From assembly GCA_021786315.1 (NCBI GenBank), contig JAJYNN010000002.1, positions 270,997 to 334,996 on the forward strand: a DNA stretch of 64,000 nucleotides, read 5' to 3'. A model generated the notes under the pieces. It ran no database searches, was not told the origin of the DNA, and saw only the letters and a program-made list of their open reading frames with translations. Shown one piece after another: positions 18,500-28,018 of the stretch. Both the position numbers and the translations under genes were made by a program. Numbering within the stretch: position 1 is the first letter of the stretch; each line of letters begins with the position of its first letter. Source of the stretch: a bacterium (GTDB lineage: Bacteria > Patescibacteriota > Microgenomatia > Daviesbacterales > UBA10151).

Positions 18500-19600
18500 A
18501 TGATTTCTAAAAATATTGTTAAACAACCCAAGAGCATTGTTGAAGTTCAGGTGACTGTTCCCTGGGCAGATTTAGAACCCAAATGGAATGAAGTTTTAAA
18601 CAGGTTAGCCCAGGAAGTAGAAATTTCCGGTTTCAGAAAAGGCCAGGCTCCTTTAAATATGGTTGAGCAGCAACTGGGTAATAAACTTCAGGATGAGTTT
18701 TTCCGGACAGTCTTTCCACAATACTTAGTTGAAGCTTTACAGGGTTCAAACATTGTCCCGATTGATTATCCAAGATACCAATTGGTTTCATTTGCCAAGG
18801 GTCAGCAATTGGTCTTTAAGGCTCAGGTGACTGAAAAGCCGGAAGTAAAGATTGGTGAATATAAAACCATTGGTGTCCAAAGGCCGGCTCTAAAAACTGT
18901 TTCTGAGGATGAAGTAAATAAGTTAGTTGATGATTTGTTCAAGAGATGGAAGGTCAGGCAGCCTGAGGGCAATCAGCCGCAAAACCAGGGAGCCGGCTCC
19001 GGATCCATGTCCTTTAATCAGCCTTCGGGATTAGTTGATGCCCAGGGTAATCCTTTATCGGTTACCACCAGCGAGACCCCGGATGACAACTTTGCCAAAG
19101 CTGTTGGGGCTCAAAGTTTAGCCGACCTAAAAGAGAAAATTAAGACCGACCTTTCTAATGAAGCCAAGTTCAACAATGAATTGGATTTTGAGGAAGCAAT
19201 TTTGCAACAGGTAGAAAAAATTACTACCGTTGACGTGCCGGAAATTCTAATTGAGGATGAATTAAACAGGATGTTGGTCTCTTTGCAAAAAAGAGTTTCC
19301 GACATGGGGCTTTTGGTTGAGGAATACCTTAAGGGGCAGGGTGAAACTGTTGAGGGCTTGAAAACTAAGTGGAGAGAACAGGCGGAAAAGAATGTCCGGA
19401 TGGAGTTAGGTTTGGCGGAAATTGCTCGCCAGGAAAAAGTCGAAATCACCGATGCTGAGTTGCAGGCTGAAATAGACAAGATCCAGGATGCAAAACTTAA
19501 AGCCCAATTTGAGGCCCAGGAGCCGAGGCTTCATCTTCGCCATTCCTTGCGGCAGATGAGAACCCTCGATCTTTTAAAGACCCTCGTCAAAACTGCCTAG
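18500..19600 (+). CDS. tig: trigger factor lacking the PPIase (FKBP) domain
   Basis: N-terminal ribosome-binding domain (GFRKGQAPLNMVEQQLG) and a C-terminal chaperone-arm domain. The middle is replaced by a low-complexity Gln/Gly/Ser linker (QPQNQGAGSGSMSFNQPSG). Confidence 0.8.
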   Translation: MISKNIVKQPKSIVEVQVTVPWADLEPKWNEVLNRLAQEVEISGFRKGQAPLNMVEQQLGNKLQDEFFRTVFPQYLVEALQGSNIVPIDYPRYQLVSFAKGQQLVFKAQVTEKPEVKIGEYKTIGVQRPALKTVSEDEVNKLVDDLFKRWKVRQPEGNQPQNQGAGSGSMSFNQPSGLVDAQGNPLSVTTSETPDDNFAKAVGAQSLADLKEKIKTDLSNEAKFNNELDFEEAILQQVEKITTVDVPEILIEDELNRMLVSLQKRVSDMGLLVEEYLKGQGETVEGLKTKWREQAEKNVRMELGLAEIARQEKVEITDAELQAEIDKIQDAKLKAQFEAQEPRLHLRHSLRQMRTLDLLKTLVKTA

Positions 19601-19794
19601 ATAGTGGTACAATATCCCGGAAAGTCGGAATATCAGCGTATCAGAATATCGGAATGTTAAGTTCGATTTTCTGAAACTCTGACACACTGAAACTCTGATA
19701 ATCTGAACAGGAGGTGCTTTTTTTAATAAAATTTGTCAATAATGAGTCTACTTTGCCTGCGGCAAAGATCTTGTAATTGACAGTTTGTAAGCTT

Positions 19795-19992
19795 ATGTCG
19801 ATTATTGTAAGACGTGGACCAAAAGATACGACTGATATGGTTATTCGTAAGTTTCAGAAGAAGGTAGCTTTGGAAAATGTTATTCAGGAATATAGAGACC
19901 GCGAATTTCATAAAACAGCTTCCGAGAAACGTCAGGAAAGACGCCAGGAGCGACTACGAAAGATCATGAGAGCCAGAAGGATGAGAGATTAA
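19795..19992 (+). CDS. rpsU: 30S ribosomal protein S21
   Basis: MSIIVRRGPKD...RKFQKK...basic C-terminus. Confidence 0.9.
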   Translation: MSIIVRRGPKDTTDMVIRKFQKKVALENVIQEYRDREFHKTASEKRQERRQERLRKIMRARRMRD

Positions 19993-19995
19993 TTA

Positions 19996-20442
19996 ATGCT
20001 CAAAGACCGAATCCAAAAAGATTTACAGGAGGCTCAATTAAATAAAGACGAAAACAAGGTCAGTACCTTGCGTCTTCTGCTATCCGAAATCCGCTACGCC
20101 GAGATTAACTCGGGCGGTGAAATTGATGATGCCGGGGTAGTTGGTGTTGTCCAGAAAGAGATCAAAAAACGCCGCGAAGCTGCTGAAGGTTTCAAAAAAG
20201 GCGGAAGGGATGAGCAGGCCCAAAAAGAGGAGGCCGAGTTGGAAATTTTGTCCCCCTATTTACCGGCCCAGCTTTCTGATGAAGAACTTGATAAGATTAT
20301 TGGTGAAGCCATTGCTCAAACTGGGGCTTCGGCCATTTCCGATATGGGAAAGGTTATTGGTGTGGTTATGGGTAAAGTTGCCGGCCAGGCCGAAGGCGCC
20401 AGGGTTTCGGCAAAAGTTAAGGAGAAATTATCTAATGGTTAA
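19996..20442 (+). CDS. yqeY: GatB/YqeY domain protein
   Basis: N-terminal MLKDRIQKDLQEAQLNKDENKVSTLRLLLSEI. Confidence 0.85.
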   Translation: MLKDRIQKDLQEAQLNKDENKVSTLRLLLSEIRYAEINSGGEIDDAGVVGVVQKEIKKRREAAEGFKKGGRDEQAQKEEAELEILSPYLPAQLSDEELDKIIGEAIAQTGASAISDMGKVIGVVMGKVAGQAEGARVSAKVKEKLSNG

Positions 20443-20851
20443 TGTCATTATTGCTGCTGACCCCAGATACGATATCAACAAAGCATCCATCCAGACTTCA
20501 GTTTTGGGTGTTTTAAATAAACACCGGATTCGCGGAAAGGTTGAGGTTGAGGTCAATATTGTTGGTGACCGCAAGATGCATGAACTCAATAAACAATACC
20601 GGGATATTGACTCAACCACTGATGTTTTATCTTTTGTTTTTGAAGACCCCCAGCCGGCCAATTTGCAACATATCCCCAGAGTCGGTTTTGTAGCTGCTCC
20701 TGATGGGTGGCTTAGGTTGGGGTCAATTGTCATTTCCTATCCCCAGGCAGTGGAAGATGCGGCTTTGGACGGGACCTCGGTTGAGGACGAAATTTCTTTT
20801 TTGGTTGATCACGGTACTACCCACCTGCTCGGTATTCACCACCCGGAATAA
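20435..20851 (+). CDS. ybeY: rRNA maturation endoribonuclease YbeY
   Basis: HGTTHLLGIHH metal-binding motif. ATG at 20435 overlaps the yqeY stop by 8 nt. Confidence 0.88.
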   Translation: MVNVIIAADPRYDINKASIQTSVLGVLNKHRIRGKVEVEVNIVGDRKMHELNKQYRDIDSTTDVLSFVFEDPQPANLQHIPRVGFVAAPDGWLRLGSIVISYPQAVEDAALDGTSVEDEISFLVDHGTTHLLGIHHPE

Positions 20852-20914
20852 CCAAATTAATACAGTTTGCTGTCTTTACTATGGAATGGAAACTCATTAG
20901 TATTAACTACGAAA

Positions 20915-22489
20915 ATGGTTCTGTATCGTAAATACCGTCCACAAACTCTTGATGAAGTCATTGGCCAGACATTGGTCAAGCAAGCCTTAAAATCTGCCAT
21001 ATCTTCCGGAAAATTGTCCCACGCTTACCTCTTTTGTGGTCCCCGCGGGACAGGCAAAACTTCGACGGCCCGGATTTTGGCCAAGATGGTAAACTGCGAA
21101 GCCGGAAATGAAAAAGTCCCGTGCAATAAATGTTCAGCCTGTATGTCCATTACTGATGGATCAAATCTGGATGTGGTGGAAATGGATGCAGCATCCAATA
21201 GAGGCATTGAAGATATCCGGGTGTTACGGGACAACATCAAACTTTCCCCGACATCCTTAAAGAAAAAAGTCTACATTATCGATGAGGTGCATATGTTATC
21301 AACTGATGCCTTCAACGCCCTTTTAAAGACTTTGGAGGAGCCACCAGAGCATGTTTTATTTGTTTTGGCGACTACTGAGTTGCAAAAAATTCCGGCCACT
21401 ATTTTGTCCCGGGTTTCCAAGCTGGACTTTAAATCTGCAACCAGCGAGGAACTGGTTGAAGCTTTGGAAAGGGTAGCCAAGGCCGAAAAGATAAACGCGG
21501 ACAAAGGGGCAATTTTGGAGATCGGTAAAAAGGCCCAGGGCAGTTTCCGTGATGGAATTAAATTATTGGATTTGGTATCTACTCTTCCGGAAATCAACCA
21601 GGCGGCGGTCGAAGAATTTTTACGCGGGGGAGCGTTTGCCGGGGTAGCCGGACTCCTGGAAAATATTGCCGCCAAAAAAACCACAGAAGCCTTATCAAGT
21701 TTAGAAAAAGAGGTGGGTGCTGGGGTCAATATTAAAGAACTAACGATTACAATCCTGGATACCTTAAGGCAATTACTGCTTATTAAACACGGCTTGGGGA
21801 AGCAACTGGTAAGCGGGGAGGTTGATGAGGAGAAATATAAGGTGCTGGAAGGGCTGGCCGGAAAATTCGAAGCGGCCCATTTAGCTGTTGTAATTGAGAC
21901 TTTCCAAAAAAGCTTTGAACAGAACCGGTATTCCTCAGTGGCAATCCTGCCTTTGGAATTGGCGGTGGTGGAAAGTGCATCAGAGTATCAGAGTATCGGA
22001 GTATCGGAAGATCGGAAGGCGGAGGTGTTGGAAGATAAGCAGATCAGTAGAACGGAAAAATCTGATACGCCGATACATCGACACTCCGAAACACCAGCTG
22101 AGATTCCCATCATTGCCGTCCCTTCAGAGAACGCTTCCGAGGATATGCAAAAAATTACGGAAAAATGGAACTATATCCTGGAAACTGTCCGGGCGGCTAA
22201 TTTTTCCCTGGAAGCCTTGCTCCGTTCTTCGAGAATTGTAAAATGTGAGGGTAAAAACGTAGTTTTGGAAGTTCCCTATTCCTTCCACCAGAGGATAATT
22301 GAAGCCCCTAAAGCCCGGGATTTACTGGAAACAATTTTTGCTGATATTCTCCAGAGAAAGGTTCTTGTCTCAACCGTATTGGGGAAGAAAGCGGTAAAAA
22401 GTGAAGGATTGGCCAATGTTGAGGTGGCGGCGGATGATGAGATTGTCAAAATTGCCGCGGAGATTTTTAATTCGGAGCCGGCAAGCTAA
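20915..22489 (+). CDS. dnaX: DNA polymerase III subunit gamma/tau
   Basis: YRPQTLDEVIGQ, Walker A GPRGTGKTS, Zn module CNKCSAC, DEVHML, SRV. Confidence 0.93.
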   Translation: MVLYRKYRPQTLDEVIGQTLVKQALKSAISSGKLSHAYLFCGPRGTGKTSTARILAKMVNCEAGNEKVPCNKCSACMSITDGSNLDVVEMDAASNRGIEDIRVLRDNIKLSPTSLKKKVYIIDEVHMLSTDAFNALLKTLEEPPEHVLFVLATTELQKIPATILSRVSKLDFKSATSEELVEALERVAKAEKINADKGAILEIGKKAQGSFRDGIKLLDLVSTLPEINQAAVEEFLRGGAFAGVAGLLENIAAKKTTEALSSLEKEVGAGVNIKELTITILDTLRQLLLIKHGLGKQLVSGEVDEEKYKVLEGLAGKFEAAHLAVVIETFQKSFEQNRYSSVAILPLELAVVESASEYQSIGVSEDRKAEVLEDKQISRTEKSDTPIHRHSETPAEIPIIAVPSENASEDMQKITEKWNYILETVRAANFSLEALLRSSRIVKCEGKNVVLEVPYSFHQRIIEAPKARDLLETIFADILQRKVLVSTVLGKKAVKSEGLANVEVAADDEIVKIAAEIFNSEPAS

Positions 22490-23217
22490 TGGAAAAACTT
22501 AGATTAGGGATTTTTGCTTCCGGGGGCGGGACAACCGGAGAAGTAATCTTTGATAAGGCTGCTGTTATCTTAACCAACAACCCTCAAGCCGGCGTTATTG
22601 AGCTGGCTAAGCAACATCACATCCCTTGTGAAGTTTTGCTTCCAAGATCAGAGTTCCGTGTACTCAACTCTGTCGGGGAAAATGACAAAGAGTCGTCCCG
22701 CCTAAAATACGGGGAGTATCTGATTACAATTCTGAGTAACTATGCTGTTACCCATGGATCGTTGAATGGTTTTGATACTTTAATTCCTCAGAATGTAATT
22801 CAAGCATTTAAACTAGTGAATTCTCATCCCGGGCCTTTAGACCCCGGGTTTTTGGATTTTGGCGGAGAGGGTATGCATGGGTTGGCAGTACACCAAGCGG
22901 TAATCAATTTTTCTCGGATGATTGACCGGCCTTTTTCGACAGCAGTTTGTTTACATCGGGTAGTGGAAAAATATGATAAGGGGGAGTTGCTATCCCTTGT
23001 TGAAGTGGCGATTAAAGAAGATGACACCGCCGAGAGTTTGCAAGCGCGGGTGAAGGAAGTGGAGAAAGAGCAGAATAGAAAATTTTGGGAAAAAGTTGAA
23101 CAAGATAATGGGGAACTGAGGGTTATACAAAGGACTTCGAGAGTGATTTTACCGGGGGAGGAGGATCTTTTATTTCAGGCGAAAGAAGAGGCAATTGCCG
23201 CTTATCCTCACGGATAA
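22489..23217 (+). CDS. formyltransferase-family protein (PurN-like N-terminal formyl-transferase domain)
   Basis: LGIFASGGGTTG (compare PurN VLISGNGSN), NSHPGPL (compare NIHPSLLP with the catalytic N..H), and HQAV...DKGELL (the Asp region). Confidence 0.55.
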   Translation: MEKLRLGIFASGGGTTGEVIFDKAAVILTNNPQAGVIELAKQHHIPCEVLLPRSEFRVLNSVGENDKESSRLKYGEYLITILSNYAVTHGSLNGFDTLIPQNVIQAFKLVNSHPGPLDPGFLDFGGEGMHGLAVHQAVINFSRMIDRPFSTAVCLHRVVEKYDKGELLSLVEVAIKEDDTAESLQARVKEVEKEQNRKFWEKVEQDNGELRVIQRTSRVILPGEEDLLFQAKEEAIAAYPHG

Positions 23218-23238
23218 TATATAGTATAATAAGCACAT

Positions 23239-23511
23239 ATGGGATTTATGGATGGTTTAAAACAAATGGGCGATTTGAAGAAGATGCGCGACCAGGCAAT
23301 GGAAGTGCAAAAACGTCTTGCGGGAATCAAGATCACTGTGGAACATAAAGGTGTAACAGTAGTCATGACCGCTGACCAAAAAGTGGTTTCCATTTCCGGA
23401 GACAATGATTTGGATAAGGTTACTGAAGCTGTCAATGAAGCTTTGAAACAATCCCAAAAAGTGGCTGCGGAAGAGATGAAAACTCTCATGGGCGGTTTCC
23501 CCGGAATGTAA
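23239..23511 (+). CDS. ybaB: nucleoid-associated protein YbaB/EbfC
   Basis: 90 aa. MGDLKKMRDQAMEVQKRL...VTVVMTADQKVVSISGDN. Confidence 0.9.
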   Translation: MGFMDGLKQMGDLKKMRDQAMEVQKRLAGIKITVEHKGVTVVMTADQKVVSISGDNDLDKVTEAVNEALKQSQKVAAEEMKTLMGGFPGM

Positions 23512-23744
23512 ATTTCCAAGGTATGAACGAGGCGGACAAAAAATTTTCAGCAGGTGTTTCAGTGGAACAGAATCTTTCTGCAGGTAATTCCTTAAATAAA
23601 GAGAGACCTTTTTTGGCAAAAATTGTTCACCCGCTAATCCAAGCAAGGCAATGGGTCTATGATTCCATTACTCTCTTAATGCTTGGCTAAGGTTTTTTGT
23701 TAGGCTTCCTATTTATCCTGAAAAATGGTAAAATTGGCCTTGAA

Positions 23745-24341
23745 ATGGCCACAGTCCCCAAGGTTGTACAAAACTTAATTGAGGCATTTGAAAGGCTCCC
23801 TGGTATCGGGCCGAAGACAGCCCAGCGGTTAACTTATCACCTTTTGCATGCCCCCAAAGAAGAGGCTGAAGCCTTGGCCCGGGCGGCTTTGGACCTGAAG
23901 GATAAAACCGTAATTTGCGAGACTTGTTTTAATATCTCCGAAGAGTCCCCCTGCCAGATTTGTACCGATATCTCCCGCCAAAAATCGATCATTGCCGTTG
24001 TCGAAGACCCCTTGGATGTCTTGGCTTTGGAAAAGACTGGGTTTACCGGCCTGTATCATGTTTTGCATGGATCGATCTCGCCCTTGGAAAATATTGGTCC
24101 TGAGGAATTAAAGATTAGGGAGCTTCTGCCAAGATTAAAAGATGGGGTAGTCAAAGAGGTGATCTTGGCCACCAACCCAACTATGGAGGGGGAAGCGACG
24201 GCGATGTACATCGACCGTTTAATTTCTCCTTTGGGAATTAAAGTTACCCGCATTGCCCGGGGAATTCCGGTTGGGGGGGATTTGGAATATGCTGACGAAA
24301 CTACCTTAACCAGGGCCTTAGAGGGACGGAAAGAGTATTAA
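23745..24341 (+). CDS. recR: recombination protein RecR
   Basis: HhH LPGIGPKTAQRL, C4 Zn finger CETC...CQIC, Toprim domain. 198 aa from the ATG at 23745. Confidence 0.92.
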   Translation: MATVPKVVQNLIEAFERLPGIGPKTAQRLTYHLLHAPKEEAEALARAALDLKDKTVICETCFNISEESPCQICTDISRQKSIIAVVEDPLDVLALEKTGFTGLYHVLHGSISPLENIGPEELKIRELLPRLKDGVVKEVILATNPTMEGEATAMYIDRLISPLGIKVTRIARGIPVGGDLEYADETTLTRALEGRKEY

Positions 24342-24432
24342 ATTTCTAATTTCTAAGTACTAATTTCTAAATAAATCCCAATTCCAAAATTACTTAGATT
24401 AATTGGGTCAATTAGAAATTAGATCAATTTAT

Positions 24433-25731
24433 ATGTTAAAAACCTTTACTTTAAAAAATGGAATTCATGTTGCGACTTATAATTTGCCGAACTTAAAATC
24501 TGTTCATCTCCGTTTGGCTACCAAAGGCGGCATGCTAACCCAGAAACAGGATGGCGCAGCCCACTTGATGGAGCATATGCTGGTCCAGGGGATACCGTTT
24601 CTTCCAACCGCGGAAGAGTTTTCTTCTTATATAGAAAGCTTGGCTGGAACCTATGGGGCTTATACCCAGCAACTTCAGGTAGGTTTTGAAATTACCGTTC
24701 CTGCCCCATATTTGGATATTGCTGTGGAGATTTCCGCCCAGACTTTTTTTGAGCCTCTTTTTAAGCCGGAGGCTTTGGAAAAAGAAAGACAGGTAGTGGT
24801 TACCGAAATTAAACAGCGCTTAGATTCGAAGTGGCATAAAATTGGGGAATTTTTCCAACAATCCAGATTCAAGAAAGGAAGTATTATGACCCGGGAGTTG
24901 GGAGGTACAGTTGAGGAGCTGGAAAGGTTAACCCTGAAAGACTTAAAGGATCTTTGGGAGAAGTATTTTGTTCCGAAAAATACTTACCTGATAGTAGTAG
25001 GCAACTTTTCTGAATTGAAGCTTAAGGAACTTCTGCAAAAACATTTTGATAAATATACCTCCAAGGACCCATTTTTGGGTTTCCCTAAAATTTCCAAAAG
25101 TGATTTTTCAAGTGAAGAAATTTCTATACGTCATGATAAAACTTTGCAAAGCAATTATTTGGACCTGACATTTCCGGGGGTGACCTTGCTTGATAACGAT
25201 TTAAGGATGAAACAGAGCTTGGCATTGACGACCTTGGGCAGATTGCGCAACAGCAGGCTCTACAGGTTATTAAGGTACAACAAAGGTTTGGTTTATGATG
25301 TCCGGGCAGGATCTAGTCTTTTGCCGGGGTTGGGGTATGTTTTTGTTTCCTCAGAGGTATCCAAGGAACACCTTTGGGAAGTGGCAGGATTAATTGTGGC
25401 GGAAGTGGCCGATTTTGTTAAAAACGGACCCTTGACGGAGGAGATCGAATTTTCCAAAAATTTCTTAATTAACCAATGGCTAATGGCTTTTGACCACCCG
25501 TCATCAATTGCTTCCTGGCTAGAGGGGGAACTGCTTTGGGAGGACAAGATCAGGCTTCCGGAAGAAATTGTTTCTGAAGTAAGAGAAATAAAAGCGAAGG
25601 ATGTTTGGGAGATGATGCAAAACAATTGGGATTTTAGTAAACTGAATTTAACAGTTCAGGGTCCGTTAGGGAAAACTCCTGAAACGGTAAGGAAATTCAC
25701 TGAACTTATAGAAAGACTTAAAAATGGCTAA
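24433..25731 (+). CDS. M16-family zinc peptidase (insulinase-like, catalytic subunit)
   Basis: HLMEHML HxxEH inverted zinc-binding motif. Confidence 0.8.
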   Translation: MLKTFTLKNGIHVATYNLPNLKSVHLRLATKGGMLTQKQDGAAHLMEHMLVQGIPFLPTAEEFSSYIESLAGTYGAYTQQLQVGFEITVPAPYLDIAVEISAQTFFEPLFKPEALEKERQVVVTEIKQRLDSKWHKIGEFFQQSRFKKGSIMTRELGGTVEELERLTLKDLKDLWEKYFVPKNTYLIVVGNFSELKLKELLQKHFDKYTSKDPFLGFPKISKSDFSSEEISIRHDKTLQSNYLDLTFPGVTLLDNDLRMKQSLALTTLGRLRNSRLYRLLRYNKGLVYDVRAGSSLLPGLGYVFVSSEVSKEHLWEVAGLIVAEVADFVKNGPLTEEIEFSKNFLINQWLMAFDHPSSIASWLEGELLWEDKIRLPEEIVSEVREIKAKDVWEMMQNNWDFSKLNLTVQGPLGKTPETVRKFTELIERLKNG

Positions 25732-26137
25732 CGGACCAATAGGTGCAATAAAACAAACAGCTGTGGACTTGGGGGAGGCTATAGGGAAGCCTGTGGTTGA
25801 TGAGGTGGGGAAAGCGATTGAAGAAGGTGCGCAATCTGCAACCGGATATACCCCTAAACCTCTTGACCCCCAGGAACAGCAAAAAAAGATGGAGGAAGAC
25901 CAAAAGAAAAAAGCTTGGGCGATCCATGTAATTGAATGGAATAAAAAGATCCAGGAAGAACAGGCTAAGATCCGCCAGCAACAAAAGCAACAGGAGATGC
26001 AAAAGACCCAACAGGAAACCGAGAAGAAAAAAGTAAAACAGTTTCAAATTATGGAGCAAAAACAAAAACAAGTCCAACTCTCGGAAGCTCAAAAGGCAGC
26101 CACTAAAGCCGAGCGTAAGGGTGGAGTAGGAGGATGA
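25724..26137 (+). CDS. hypothetical Lys/Gln/Glu-rich coiled-coil protein
   Basis: 137 aa of low-complexity sequence (QEEQAKIRQQQKQQEMQKTQQETEKKK). Confidence 0.4.
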   Translation: MANGPIGAIKQTAVDLGEAIGKPVVDEVGKAIEEGAQSATGYTPKPLDPQEQQKKMEEDQKKKAWAIHVIEWNKKIQEEQAKIRQQQKQQEMQKTQQETEKKKVKQFQIMEQKQKQVQLSEAQKAATKAERKGGVGG

Positions 26138-26138
26138 G

Positions 26139-27482
26139 ATGTTAAAACTCTATAATACTTTGACCCGAAAAGTTGAGGAATTTAAATCCCTTAAAAACAA
26201 AGAAGTGGCAATGTACACCTGTGGTCCTACGGTTTACGACTTTGCCCATATCGGAAATTTGCGGACCTATATCTTTGAGGATTTATTGAGACGTGTTTTG
26301 GAAGTAAATGGCTATCAGGTGAAGCAGGTGATGAACATTACCGATATTGAGGACAAAATCATTAAAAAAGCCAAAGAGAAAGGTGTGAGCATTGATGAAG
26401 TTACCCGGCCTTTTGAGAAAGCATTCCTGGAGGATTTGAGTAAGCTAAATATCGAGCCAGCCAGTGTTTATCCCCGGGCTACAGAACATATTGGCCAGAT
26501 GATCAAGTATGTGGAAGAGCTTATAAAAAAAGGCTACGCCTATATTGAAAAGGATGGGTCTGTTTATTTTGATATTTCTAAATTTCCTGACTATGGAAAA
26601 TTATCCCAACTGGACAAAAGGGAGGTCATGGCGGGAGCCAGAGTTTCGGCGGACGAGTATACCAAAGAAAATGCCCAGGATTTTGCTCTGTGGAAATCAG
26701 TGGAACCGGATGAGGTAGGATACAGTTCTCCCTGGGGTCGAGGCAGGCCTGGATGGCATATTGAGTGTTCGGTGATGAGCCAGGAGTATTTGGGGGAGAC
26801 AATGGATATCCATGGGGGTGCAGTAGACTTAATTTTCCCTCATCATGAAAATGAAATTGCCCAATCAGAGGCCAAAACAGGGAAAACCTTTGCCAATTTG
26901 TTTATCCATGGAGAACACTTGTTGGTTAACAACCAAAGAATGGCAAAGTCCGCCAATAATTTTTTTACCCTGAGGGATATCGAGGAAAAGGGTTATGACC
27001 CCTTGGCTTATAGATATTTAGATCTAACAGCTCATTACAGAGACAAATTAAACTTCACCTGGGAATCTTTAGAGGCGGCACAAAATGCTTTAAACAATTT
27101 AAGGGAAGAGGTTAGGGCTTGGGAACAACCTGATAAGACAGATGAAGCTTTTTGGCAAAAGTTTTTGGATAGCGCTAATAATGATTTGGGGATACCACAA
27201 GCCCTTGCGGTGTTGCATGAGCTGGTACACAGCCAGTTGGATAGCGCCACAAAAGCGGCAACAATTTTAGAAATGGATAAGGTTTTGGGATTGAGACTTG
27301 ATGAATACGTTGGTAAGCCGTTGGAAGTTCCGGAAGAAGTCCAAAAGTTAGTAGATGAACGGGAAGAGGCCAGAGAAAATAAAGACTTCCAAAAGTCTGA
27401 TGAACTGAGAGACAAAATTAAGGATTTAGGATTTGAAGTTAAGGACACCTCTGCCGGTCCCCGAATAAAAAAGTCCCATTAA
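26139..27482 (+). CDS. cysS: cysteinyl-tRNA synthetase
   Basis: HIGN (the HIGH motif), KMAKSANN (the KMSKS motif), and a Zn-binding Cys. Confidence 0.93.
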   Translation: MLKLYNTLTRKVEEFKSLKNKEVAMYTCGPTVYDFAHIGNLRTYIFEDLLRRVLEVNGYQVKQVMNITDIEDKIIKKAKEKGVSIDEVTRPFEKAFLEDLSKLNIEPASVYPRATEHIGQMIKYVEELIKKGYAYIEKDGSVYFDISKFPDYGKLSQLDKREVMAGARVSADEYTKENAQDFALWKSVEPDEVGYSSPWGRGRPGWHIECSVMSQEYLGETMDIHGGAVDLIFPHHENEIAQSEAKTGKTFANLFIHGEHLLVNNQRMAKSANNFFTLRDIEEKGYDPLAYRYLDLTAHYRDKLNFTWESLEAAQNALNNLREEVRAWEQPDKTDEAFWQKFLDSANNDLGIPQALAVLHELVHSQLDSATKAATILEMDKVLGLRLDEYVGKPLEVPEEVQKLVDEREEARENKDFQKSDELRDKIKDLGFEVKDTSAGPRIKKSH

Positions 27483-27490
27483 CGAATATT

Positions 27491-27961
27491 ATGTGGGAAA
27501 GGGAAAACAAAAGACTTCGGAAGATTTTAGGAGAAATCCCTCAAAATGCGGCCGGAAATAATTCCCCCAGGTTTGATATGAGGATTTGGAAAACTCTGGA
27601 ACCATCTCAGATTTCAGAAGAGGGTAGATGGTTCGTTTTTGACCAGATCAGGTCATTTGCGGCCAATGGTGTAGTTACAGTACCTACTCCCAAGGATCTG
27701 GCTCGGCCATATTTTTTACAACCTTATTCTTTGGCTGAGTTTAAAGGGTTTACCTCTTTACTGACAAACTCCCCCAACGGTGGCTTATATGGGCCAGAGG
27801 GGAAAGCTATCGAAAGAGTTCTATTTTTGGAAATAGCCAACCCTCTTTCTGAATTCTCTGCTACCGAGACAGAAGGTATAATTATGGGTCTATTGTATTG
27901 GGTTGCACGCTTAGTAAACTGGGAGGAATCTTTTGTAAAGTATCACGGAGAGAAACCCTAA
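27491..27961 (+). CDS. hypothetical protein
   Basis: 156-aa ORF. Confidence 0.4.
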   Translation: MWERENKRLRKILGEIPQNAAGNNSPRFDMRIWKTLEPSQISEEGRWFVFDQIRSFAANGVVTVPTPKDLARPYFLQPYSLAEFKGFTSLLTNSPNGGLYGPEGKAIERVLFLEIANPLSEFSATETEGIIMGLLYWVARLVNWEESFVKYHGEKP

Positions 27962-28018
27962 AGGAAGTAATTTAGCATATTGTCCGGCTTTTATCTTGGT
28001 GCTAAACTCAATTGTTAA

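Noticed and set aside
20141-20434. N-terminal 98 codons of the 236-aa ORF in the ybeY frame.
   Set aside because: This part overlaps yqeY in another frame and has no homology. The genuine ybeY starts at ATG 20435.
21670-21682. A7 run (gccaaaaaaacc) inside dnaX, a possible tau/gamma frameshift or slippage site.
   Set aside because: In frame the heptamer is C-AAA-AAA, which is not X-XXY-YYZ. It lies within domain III (~aa 255), far upstream of where gamma normally ends, and has no downstream stem-loop.
24343-24432. AT-rich region with 'taatttctaa' repeats and an inverted repeat between recR and the M16 peptidase: possible CRISPR-like or tRNA element.
   Set aside because: It has no regular repeat-spacer periodicity and no tRNA-like cloverleaf. 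It is most likely a promoter/UP region. I saw no CRISPR array anywhere in the window.
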